Source of the DNA: Macrostomum lignano
Taxonomy: Eukaryota
Length of the DNA stretch: 58,958 nucleotides
NCBI GenBank assembly: GCA_002269645.1
Contig: NIVC01001933.1
Location: forward strand, 1-58,958
Direction: 5' to 3'
Below are positions 1 through 9,959 of the stretch, in pieces; the stretch's first letter is position 1; each line of letters begins with the position of its first letter. A program made the translations under genes and the position numbers. Below the pieces are notes generated by a model. That model searched no databases, was not told where the DNA came from, and saw only the letters and a list, made by a program, of their open reading frames with translations.

Positions 1-10
1 GGGGTGGGGA

Positions 11-245
11 CTCTTTGCCTTATGCGTACATCTGGGACTGGGTTAGGGTTAGGGTTAGGGTTAGGTTAACATCTGGACTGGCGGAGTGAGGTGGGGGCTC
101 TCTGCCTTCTGCGAACATCTGGACTGGGAAGTGGGTGGGGGCTCTCTGCCTTCTGCGTACATCTGGACTGGTGGTTTGGGGGTGGGGGCTCTCTGCCTTC
201 TGCGTACATCTGGACTGACGGAGTGGGTCGTGGGCTCTGCCTGCT
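11..245. repeat. Minisatellite, ~45-bp unit, ~5 copies, with an embedded (TTAGGG)n tract at ~41-66
   Basis: Conserved core CTCTGCCTTCTGCGTACATCTGGACTG alternates with variable G-rich segments; GGTTAGGGTTAGGGTTAGGGTTAGGTTA is embedded. Confidence 0.85.
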
Positions 246-655
246 GCGGGCAACAAAAACACGGAAATCCAACCAGAGGGCAGTAAAATTAGGACTCAAG
301 ATTAAATCTTAATTATTGAAATAATTACAAAATTATAAACATATGACCTCTAAATTGCTTTAGAGAGGTCAAATTGCAAAGCAGTGAAACGCGAACAGTT
401 ATTAAAAGAGGTGAACAAGTGGCGAATAAGATGGAGGAATTGAAGTTGAAGAATCTCATACGGAAATACAGGTCTGACGAGATCAGACCCGTCTCACTAT
501 GGGGAAATCTTGGTCAAGAAAAACGCCAAAGCAAATTCAGGGGAATTCATGCAGAAAAACCCGGCGAAATTCAGGTTATGCTTTGAAAGAGATTAAACAG
601 AAACACAGTCAGCTGTTCTATATCTAAAAAAGGAGAAAGTACAACGGTGCGTATC

Positions 656-2387
656 TCAGATGCGCAGGGCGGACACCAGCTCGTTGATGCCGCCGGCAGC
701 GCCGCCCTCCGGCACGCAGCTGGTCAGAACGAAGTCAAAGAAGCTGGCGGAGGCCCCCGATCCGGGCCGGACGTGAGGAAGCTGTGCTGCAGCAGCGCCC
801 GGTACTTGGGCCGCCTCTGCACATCCTTGGTCAGGCAGAAGTTTACAAAGTTGTGCGCGTTGGCGCTGAACCGTTCGTCCGTCAGGCGCGGCGGGTCGCT
901 TTTTACCACCTGCAAAGTTGCCGAGTTGCTTGTGATTCACCAAAGCTACCTGTGAGTCACCAAAGCTACATGTGAGTCACCAAAGCTACCTGTGAGTCAC
1001 CAAAGCTACCTGTGAGTCAACAAAGCTACCTGTGAGTCACCAAAGCTACCTGTGAGTCACCAAAGCTACCTGTGAGTCACCAAAGCTACCTGTACACCCT
1101 CAAAGACACCAGTGCTTACCTGCTCGAGCTGCTCAAACATGGTGCTCCACTGCTTGTAGGGGAAGCGGCCGGTGCAGAGCTCGTACAGGGAGATGCCCAG
1201 AGACCAGATGTCGCTGCGTACATCGTAGCCGTCCTGCATTCGCTGATGGTCGATACGCTCGGGGCCATGTATGGCCGGCAGCCGGCGTCCCGGGTCTTGG
1301 CGATGCTGTCCACCAGGTTTCCAGCGATGCCAAAGTCGCACAGCTTCACTTGGCCAGAGCGGTCGGCCAGGATGTTGCTGGGCTTCACGTCTCTGCGGTT
1401 GTGGTGAAGAGACAGCTAATTGCGAATTCCTTTCTATGTACTTTACACCTGGATCTGTATCTGCGGTTACATCTAAATGGGGATTTTTAATATCTGAATG
1501 GGGATTTGCAATATCTGAATGGGGATTTGCAATATCTGAATGGGATTTGCAATATCTGAATGGGGAATATCTGAATATCTGAATGGGGATTTGCAATATC
1601 TGAATGGGGATTTGCAATATCTGAATGGGGATTTGCAATATCTGAATAGGAATTTTAAATATCTGCATGGGGATTGCAAATATCTGGGAATTTCAATATC
1701 TCATTGGAGAAACCAAACACAAGAACCACTGAACTTACCTATGCATCATCTTGAGATGCTCTTCAGGTAGTTCAAGGCAGACACAGTGCAGTAGGCAATC
1801 GAGGCAATCACGGGCTCGGGAATGTGAGTCATGAGATGGTGATACACCACCCGGTACAGCTTGTCCAGGCTGGTGTCCATCAGCTCCATGCAGATCCAGC
1901 AGTCGCCCTCCTTGAACAGGGCCCCGTAGGACTTGGCAATGAACTCGCAGTCGCAGTTGACAACAATGCTGAGCTCTGCCAGCATGTTCTTCTGCGTGCG
2001 CTCGTCCACGGTGGACCGGATGCGCTTGACGGCCAGCGGGATGCCAGTGGGGATGTACCGCATGCTGTTCACCGTGCCGAATGCGCCCCGGCCGATCTCG
2101 CCGAGGTCTTCAAGGTCGTCGACGCTGAAATCTCGCTCGACATTCGGCGATGCGGCGGAGTCGGCGGTTGCCGAGGCGTCGCTGTCAGACGGAGACGGCA
2201 GCTTCAGCTTGCCGACAGCCGGCATTGAGGACAGGCAGGACAGCTGCGGCTGCAGGCCGGTGGTCACCGAGCGGCAGTCGTTGCCGGTCGCTGCTGCCGT
2301 AGCAGCCGCCGCCGCTGCCGCTGCGGCTGCCGCTGCCGCGATGGGCAGCTCGAAGCGGGGCTTCTGCAGTTTGCTCTTGTCGCCCAT
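656..2387 (-). CDS. MAP2K4: Dual-specificity MAP kinase kinase 4 (MKK4/SEK1-like); exons 2387-1739, 1392-1120, 909-656; three apparent 1-nt deletions
   Basis: Motifs [105 protein letters not shown]. GT-AG junctions are phase-compatible (CAT AG|A GAC; CAG|GTG). The frame needs +1 nt near 1760, 1261 and probably 754. Confidence 0.9.
936..1094. repeat. 20-bp tandem repeat (CACCAAAGCTACCTGTGAGT) x~8 in MKK4 intron 2
   Basis: Direct reading; nearly perfect copies. Confidence 0.95.
1478..1690. repeat. ~21-bp tandem repeat (ATATCTGAATGGGGATTTGCA) in MKK4 intron 1
   Basis: Direct reading; source of the spurious IQILQIP ORF. Confidence 0.9.
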
Positions 2388-2534
2388 GGGAGCGCCGCAG
2401 AGTGCAGTGGAGAGGCGGTTGCTGGCGTGGAGGTGCTGCGCGCTGGGGGCTCGGGGACGGACTGGGCTGGAGGATGGGCGAGTGGGCGGAGTTCGCGGTT
2501 GAGTTGTGAGGATTGAGCAGGATTTCTTTGTCTG

Positions 2535-3230
2535 TCTGAGATCTATGAGGAGGCTGTCTGAGCATCTATGAGGGAGGCTGTCTGAGCATCTATGAGGGTG
2601 CCTGTCTGAGTATCTATGAGGGAGGCTGTCTGAGCATCTATGAGGGAGGCTGTCTGAGCATCTATGAGGGTGCCTGTCTGAGTATCTATGAGGGAGGCTG
2701 TCTGAGCATCTATGAGGGTGGCTGTCTGGACATCTATGAGGGTGGCTGTCTGGACATCTATGAGGGTGGCTGTCTGGACATCTATGAGGGTGCCTGTCTG
2801 AGCATCTATGAGGGTGCCTGTCTGAGTATCTACGAGGGTGCCTGTCTGAGTATATAGGAGTTTGGAGGGCGGCTGTTTGGGGAGCTGGGAGGGCGGTTGT
2901 TTGAGGAGCTGGGAGGGTGGCTGTCTGAGAAGCTGGGAGGGTGCCTGTTTGAGGAGCTGGGAGGGTGCCTGTTTGAGGAGCTGGGAGGGTGCCTGTTTGA
3001 GGAGCTGGGAGGGTGCCTGTTTGAGGAGCTGGGAGGGCGGCTGTTTGAGGAGCTGGGAGGGCCGCTGTTTGAGGAGCTGGGAGGGTGCCTGTTTGAGGAG
3101 CTGGGAGGGCGGCTGTTTGAGTAGCTTGGAGGGTGCTGTTTGAGGAGCTGGGAGGGCGGCTGTTTGAGTAGCTGGGAGGGTGCCTGTTTGAGGAGCTGGG
3201 AGGGCGGCTGTCTGAGAAGCTGGGAGGGTT
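2535..3230. repeat. Two adjacent, related ~24-bp minisatellites upstream of MKK4
   Basis: GGGAGGCTGTCTGAGCATCTATGA units (2535-2850) grade into GGGAGGGTGCCTGTTTGAGGAGCT units (2860-3230). Confidence 0.9.
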
Positions 3231-3835
3231 ACCTATTGATACTTGTGGAAGAGCCGTCTTATAAGCAATTCAGTAAATATATATAATTATCGAAAACAAC
3301 TGATTTCACTTTCTTATATATGAAAAGTTTTTAAACGCAAATTTTTGACATGCTTTATATTTAGGTTATTAATGCGTAGCATACCAAAGTGAAGACTGGT
3401 TAGAGTAAAAGTAGTTGCCGTAGATAATTGTTGGTCAGTCTAGCACCGGAGCTGATGAACTGATAAATGGCATAAATAAATTAATACCTTTTGTATAAAG
3501 CATGAGATGTGTGGAAATGCTGCAAAGCACACTACTTGGTAGCTTAAATAATGATTGTGTCAAGGTGTAAAAATAAGTAGGAAAATTTAAAATTGCTTTG
3601 AAACAATTGGCGTAATGCAGTATAAAGCCAAATAATAAAGACTGCAAGAGTACTCAACTAATTAAGTGACTGCATGTACTTTTCAGTTATTCACCTGCAG
3701 TTTACAACTGCATACGCAGTCTAGAGAGACTAAATTCAGAGATGGATAGCAAGCAGAGCTGTACGACTTGTAGCCAAGATGTTGGAATTCAGACTAATTA
3801 GTTCAACTTTTCATACAGATACTGACAGGAAGATA

Positions 3836-3990
3836 GGATCAGAATCCTCAGATGTGATTGCAGCTCTCGTATTGAGCTATGGGGATCAGAATCCTCAGAT
3901 ATGATTGCAGCTCTCGTATTGAGCTATGGGGATCAGAATCCTCAGATGTGATTGCAGCTCTCGTATTGAGCTATGGGGATCAGAATCCTT
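3836..3990. repeat. ~50-bp tandem repeat x3
   Basis: GGATCAGAATCCTCAGATGTGATTGCAGCTCTCGTATTGAGCTATGG repeated. Confidence 0.9.
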
Positions 3991-4135
3991 AATTAAATCA
4001 AAGCTATCTGTTACTATGAAACTAGTTTACATATTAACGATTATCCCATTAGTTGCAATCATCCAATGGTTAAAGTTCCGGTAGGGATGCCTCAGAGGTA
4101 GGAAAAACCAAGCCAAATACGCATAAATTTCCCCA

Positions 4136-6400
4136 TCACTTGTCGCAGCGTCGCAGTTTCGTATTAACGCTGGGCTCCTTGTAGTTGACGGCCGCCGCTC
4201 GTTGACGGCGAGGCCGCAGAGGCGCTGACGAGTTGACGGCGGCAGCCTCGCCGGTCAGGTCGGCGCACGCAGCGGACGATTCCGCCGAGGCGACGGTGGT
4301 GGCGGTTGAAGACTGCTTCCGGCGATGCCGCTTGGTGGCGGGCGCTTCGTCGGCAGCGGCGGGTGGCGCCATCAGAGACGAGCGGCGCGGCGCGCTGGTC
4401 TTCGCCGCGGACGGCGGAGACAGCAGGGGCTTCGGCAGCAGGGAGGGCCTGGGAGCAACGCGCAGCTCGCGAGTCAGCACCTTCGCTGTCAAGGAGCAAG
4501 CGGCCGCGTCACCCATCGCGGTGGACACGGAGGCTCGAGCAGTGTCCGGCCAATCGGGAAGCTCGGCGAAGTCCGGCTGATCAGGCAAGGTTGACAGCCT
4601 CGGATGCGGTGGCGGCGACAAGACAAGCGCGTGTCGAACGTCCAGGACAATGGCTGGCGGCGACGGAGGTGGCGGCGGCGAGGGAGGCGATGGAGTCGCT
4701 GTGGATGGCGGAGGCTGGTTGATGACGAAGGTTCCCCGACGCTGGTGACTGCCAGCAGCGCGGTTGGCGACCGGGCGCCTCTGCTGTATGGATGGCGCCA
4801 GCTGCTTGCCGATGAGCTTCAACGATGAGGTCGGCGAGAGCGTCGCTGGCCGAGGCTCTGACGGCGCCTGCGGAGACGGCGGTGAAAGCTGGTCGAAAGT
4901 GGCGTTGCCGTTGCCGCTGGCAGCAGCGCTGGTGTCGGCGCCGCACTTAGGCGGAGTTCGAGCCAGCCGGTGCCGGGGGATGAAAGGGTTCTCCGTCGGG
5001 TTTTGAAGCTCTTCGGCTGACCGCTGGTGGACTTGCGATTTCTGCTCCTGGTTTCGAACGAATTGACTGCGCCTTTGAGGCCTCCGCTGCTGCTTTGGCT
5101 GCGGCTTTAACTTTAAAGCCTTCCGTTGCAACCCAGCTGCGGGCTTGTTCTGTTCCGCCGGTATCTCTGGCAGCTGGTTCAACTCCTGCTGAACTTCCAT
5201 TGACTCGTGTGGCAGAGAGTGGCGCGACTTCTCATGCCGACTCTGATTGGACTGATTCAGCTGCTGTTGTTGTGGTTTATCCTGCTGTTGTTGTTGAGGT
5301 TTATCCTGATGTTGTTGTTGAGGTTTATCCTGCTGTTGTTGTTGAGGTTTATCCTGATGTTGTTGTTGAGGTTTATCCTGCTGTTGTTGTTGAGGTTTAT
5401 CCTGCTGTTGTTGTTGAGGTTTATCCTGTTGTTGTTGTTGAGGTTTATCCTGCTGTTGTTGTTGAGGTTTATCCTGTTGTTGTTGTTGAGGTTTATCCTG
5501 CTGTTGTTGTTGAGGTTTATCCTGTTGTTGTTGAGGTTTATCCTGTTGTTGTTGTTGAGGTTTATCCTGATGTTGTTGTTGAGGTTTATCCTGCTGTTGT
5601 TGTTGAGGTTTATCCTGCTCAAGAAACGCGACCTGATCATTCGGCAAGGATCCTCTCGCTGAGCAATTCAAGCTGGCCCTCCCAGCCGCCTCGGAGCACT
5701 CCATCAGCGGCGTCAGCTGCCTTGACAGCTGCTGTTTGATAACCAATGACTCGCTGCTGGACTCACCCGATGCGGCAAGGCCAGGCGCCGGTTCGATCAC
5801 AACAGTTCGACGGGACTTCAGCACAGCTGTAGTAGATTTTGGCACAGCTGCACCGCTCTCACTGCTACTTTGAGTAGTAGTAGTAGTAGTGGATTGGGGC
5901 TGCAAATCTTGACTGACAGTTGCGGCAACGGTAGCCACTGGAAGACGAGACTCGGCAGCAGCCGCATCCTTGGTTGGTGGCGCGGCCAGGGCCAGCTCAT
6001 CCAGAGCAGACTGGCTGAGCTGCACACATTTTGACAGGTGCTCAAGCGACAGGATAGCCTGAGAATGCACCTCCATAAACATGGCCCGACAATTGTTAAC
6101 ATTAGCAAGGCACCTGCGCAGGCTGCTGTTCTCCAGCTCAAGCTGCTTCACTCGGGCAGTGAGACTCGCCACCTGATCGTGCGCCAGCTTCTGCTGAGCT
6201 TGCAGGGCCCTCTCCTTGCCAGCAGCTGCAGCATTGCAGCTCATCAGCGGTGCAATCCTGTTCTCTTTCAGACCTTCATCTCGCACGTGTCTGGCCAAGT
6301 TGGATGCGCCAGCAATGGCGCGCCCGGAGCTGCCAGGCCTGGCACTGGCGCCGCCATGATACTGAGTGCGGTGCTTCAGAGCCGCGCTTGCTAATGGCAT
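4136..6400 (-). CDS. SGO1: Shugoshin family protein, intronless, 754 aa
   Basis: N-terminal coiled coil (ERALQAQQKLAHDQVASLTARVKQLELENSSLRRCL) and C-terminal basic SGO motif RPRRQRAAAVNYKEPSVNTKLRR; low-complexity middle region. The paralog number in the symbol is nominal. Confidence 0.85.
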   Translation of the reverse strand: MPLASAALKHRTQYHGGASARPGSSGRAIAGASNLARHVRDEGLKENRIAPLMSCNAAAAGKERALQAQQKLAHDQVASLTARVKQLELENSSLRRCLANVNNCRAMFMEVHSQAILSLEHLSKCVQLSQSALDELALAAPPTKDAAAAESRLPVATVAATVSQDLQPQSTTTTTTQSSSESGAAVPKSTTAVLKSRRTVVIEPAPGLAASGESSSESLVIKQQLSRQLTPLMECSEAAGRASLNCSARGSLPNDQVAFLEQDKPQQQQQDKPQQQHQDKPQQQQQDKPQQQQDKPQQQQQDKPQQQQQDKPQQQQQDKPQQQQQDKPQQQQQDKPQQQQQDKPQQQHQDKPQQQQQDKPQQQHQDKPQQQQQDKPQQQQLNQSNQSRHEKSRHSLPHESMEVQQELNQLPEIPAEQNKPAAGLQRKALKLKPQPKQQRRPQRRSQFVRNQEQKSQVHQRSAEELQNPTENPFIPRHRLARTPPKCGADTSAAASGNGNATFDQLSPPSPQAPSEPRPATLSPTSSLKLIGKQLAPSIQQRRPVANRAAGSHQRRGTFVINQPPPSTATPSPPSPPPPPSPPAIVLDVRHALVLSPPPHPRLSTLPDQPDFAELPDWPDTARASVSTAMGDAAACSLTAKVLTRELRVAPRPSLLPKPLLSPPSAAKTSAPRRSSLMAPPAAADEAPATKRHRRKQSSTATTVASAESSAACADLTGEAAAVNSSAPLRPRRQRAAAVNYKEPSVNTKLRRCDK

Positions 6401-8250
6401 GGGTTTTTAGTTGGCAGAGGCTTAGCGCTTTGGTACTTGAGTGATTTTTCTGCTATGATAAATTAAGCTTTCTTTAAAACTGACCCTTTTGAAACCTTGA
6501 ATTTATTTCTGAAATGAAAATTTTCAAGTAGAAGCTTGTGAAAAGTACAAAATGAGTTTTACAATTTGCACATTCATAATCATTAAAGAAATTTTCTATT
6601 GAGGGTATCATATAACGAAAGTGAATATAAGGATTGTGCTGTAGAAAGCTACAATTCATTTTTTTGCAATTTTGCAATTTTCTTATTGTATAATTTTCTT
6701 ATTGTATAACAAAATTGACACAAGTAATCAATTGGGTGTGGATATTATAAGACAAAAGAATGCAAATATTTTTAGTTATAATAGTTATAATAATAAAAAA
6801 GTAAGTTTATTATCTAACTACTAGGCCTCTCTTATTATAAGCTTATGATGAGTCTTAACACTAAAAATGTTATATTTAATATTTTGTGATAGACAAAATG
6901 ACTATATTAAGTTTAATAGTTTAAGTTTAAATTTAATAGATGTAATGGCAATGAAGATTTAGAGCTAATTTGTACATTCATTTAGATTTACAAATAGCAC
7001 AAGATTGAGCAGCCTAAGGAAGTACAAAAAGGTGGCACAATAGACTTTGCAAACCCCCCAGCTTAGTGAGCCAACTAGCTTAGTGCACCTATCCCATTAG
7101 AGCTAGATGGAGGTTGGGGAGGGTTCAAATAAATCTGCATTGGCACTTGCCAGTCACACATTCTGGCCACCATAATATTGTATTATCATAGACAAAAAAT
7201 AGTAGACAAACTGGCAGTAGACAAAATGATTGTCAATGTCAACCTATGGCACAAGTTACTTTTTTTAATGGGGTTGACACTTTGGATAACAAAACAACAG
7301 ATAAAAAATGACTAACAACTAAAACTCCAAAAGCATAGGCACTACAAAGCATGGATACTGGCCTAGGTGCATGATTTCTATTGCTAGGTCTATGCCTATG
7401 TATTTGAGCAGGTCTATAGTCATTTTAGGGCCTAATGACAAGAAAAAGACCTTTTTGGTAACAGCGATTATGGTTTTTAAGCAGAAAATTATCTTAAAAA
7501 TCTTAACTGATATGAAACCTAAAATTTCCAGGGTTTGCTAAAATAGTAAAATGTTAATTCATTTCATTTTATTTAGACACTGCATAGATATAGTCTTGAT
7601 TTTTCATATTTGTATGCTTTTCAAATTTGGTGAATAATTTTTTGTTTTTCTTGGTGGGCTTTTTACAAGGAGGATCCTCTATGTTTGTATCTGAATACTC
7701 TAGGAAAAACTCAAAACAATCTGCACAAAAACAATATATAATTGTAGGCCTAGCTTGATTATTTTTTAAGTTATATATGCATTTATTTTTTGATAGACTT
7801 TTTGAAATAGCCCTTATACACAACTTTAATTTTAACAAAATGATTACAAACTGATATTTTAAAGTGTCTACTATCACTAAAATGCTCAACTCTTTGAATC
7901 TTTCATTTTTACCATAAGGTAGAGCATGTCTGTCATACTTATCTCATAGAAGCAACTTGTCACCAAAATGACTTGTCACTAAAATGACCTATATCCCTTA
8001 AGTATATTTAAAATTATCATCAAATTAAGAATAAGAAATTATAGAGTACAGTCAAAATCATTATATTCAAAATTGTCATATTATAACTTGACCAAATCTA
8101 TAAAACTAAAACAATTAAATATGACAAATTTGACCAAAAAAGGCATATACCACATATTTATAAGGGTATTATTCGGAAAGTAGTATTAGTTTTACTTGTA
8201 GCAGACGTTTGGTAAGTTGCATTTACAAAAGTTTGGTATTGTTTGAAAGC

Positions 8251-9152
8251 AGCAAGTCTTTTCTTTTAAATGACTTAAAGTGCCATCAATTTGGATCTAT
8301 ATTTTAAGAGATATATGTACTTGAGTAAAGGAAGATTGGTCATAGACTTACAGAGCCTAGACACAAGCCTTCTATATAGACAATCTACCTCATATCCTTA
8401 ATGAGCCATTAGGAAACCCAATAGGCATTTAGCATGACATGAATAATATTTTGCAAATACTTGTAAACTATCTAGACTGAACAATCTAGTCTATTGGCTA
8501 TTTTGTCGATGCTTTGGTGGCAGTCTTCATTGATTAAGTTGAGAATATGATCCATTAGGCCAGTATCATAGATCTTATCCTAACCTTATTATGTTCACTC
8601 ATGTCAGTTCTTCTATCCTTAAACTTGTTTACCTGCCTATTCATCATTATCTTTCTAATGGAGTAGTAGGATAGAGTTTATGGATACTTTGATAACAGTC
8701 TTTATCAATCATGTCAAGAATATATCCAAGACAAGGTTGCCATTGGCATGGACCTTTGGTCAGTTTAGTTCTAGTTCATGTTTGTTCTTCCACGACTGAA
8801 CTTGTTTACTAACTTGTTCACTACCATTGTGCGAATAGAATTGTCTCTATGTGCAGTTTGAAATTATCAAGGAAAATAGAATATCAACTGCTTTGCACCT
8901 AGATCTCCAAAGTATAAATATAGCATACCATGTTGTTTCCTAGTCTTTGAATGTATAGGCTAAGGCTATCTATTTGATGACTAATGATCAAAATTAAGCA
9001 ACAGTGAAGATTTTTTTAACATAACTGGTTTAGCCTTATTTGGTCTTTTATAAGTCTATGACCAATTTCTCTCTACTTAAGTATACATATATCTCTTAAA
9101 ATATAAAACAAAATTAATTGCAATTTAAGACATTTTAAAGAAGAGACTTGCC
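8251..9152. mobile_element. Diverged foldback / non-autonomous DNA element
   Basis: Arm 8251-8357 (AGCAAGTCTTTTCTTTTAAATG...GGTCATAGACTTACAGAGCC) is the imperfect reverse complement of arm 9042-9152. Confidence 0.6.
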
Positions 9153-9232
9153 ACTTTTTTATACTTAGGAAATTGTATTTGGAAGGAAGGTAGGAAAAAG
9201 AAGGTATAAGATATTATATTCATTTCTTTATA

Positions 9233-9959
9233 GAAGTGCTTATCCCCACAGTCCCATGCCAATAGTTCCAATTTTATCCACACAGATCTATGTCAATAAT
9301 TTTCAGCTTATCCCCATGGTAGCTTATTGAAATAGCTGCTACCATTCAAGTCTATAAGCCATGTTAATAATTCCAATTTTATCCACATAGATCCATGTCA
9401 ATAATTTCCAGCTTATCCTTATGGCAGCTTATTGGAATAAAGAACCTTGAAATGAATATGTTCAAAAACTATCTTTTTGTTTTCACTATTTTATAAATCT
9501 TCTAAATAAACTATATATATTGAATACTAAATAGCATCAAGTAAGTACTTTGTTAAAACTTTTTGTCATTAAAAGGGTTAATTTTAAATATTTGCTTAGC
9601 TGCTGGCTTTAGGCCTACTTAGAACAACCAAACATCTCAAGGATTGAGAGAAATAAGACTTGCAAAATTCAACTATATTATGGGCCTAATAATATTTTCA
9701 TTAATAATAAAAATATCAATTTAACATCAATACACAAAACTAAACACAAACAATTGAACAATCTTAGCCATGAGGATAAGCTGAAAATTATGGTTAAAAT
9801 GTGGTTAAAATTGTAATTATTGACATGGCTTATATAGACTTGAATGGTGACAGCTATTATTTTAAATAAGCTGCTATGGGGATAAGCTAGAAATTATTGA
9901 CATGGATCTGTGGATAAAATTGGAATTATCAGCACGGGACTGTGGGGATAAGCACTTCC
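9233..9959. mobile_element. MITE with long TIRs and a 9-10 bp TSD (Mutator/MULE-like)
   Basis: Arms starting GAAGTGCTTATCCCCACAGTCCC and ending GGGACTGTGGGGATAAGCACTTC are complementary over >130 bp. TTTCTTTATA is duplicated on both flanks (9223-9232 and 9960-9969). Confidence 0.75.

Noticed and set aside
41-66. True chromosome end
   Set aside because: Only ~4 hexamers, with non-telomeric sequence on both sides.
656-2387. Programmed frameshifting or a definite pseudogene call for MKK4
   Set aside because: No slippery site with a stimulator; the deletion pattern matches sequencing error; it cannot be decided without reads.
4164-5006. Antisense or overlapping ORFs over shugoshin, MKK4 and the polycystin channel exon
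   Set aside because: Expected by-products of GC-rich coding DNA; no recognisable motifs.
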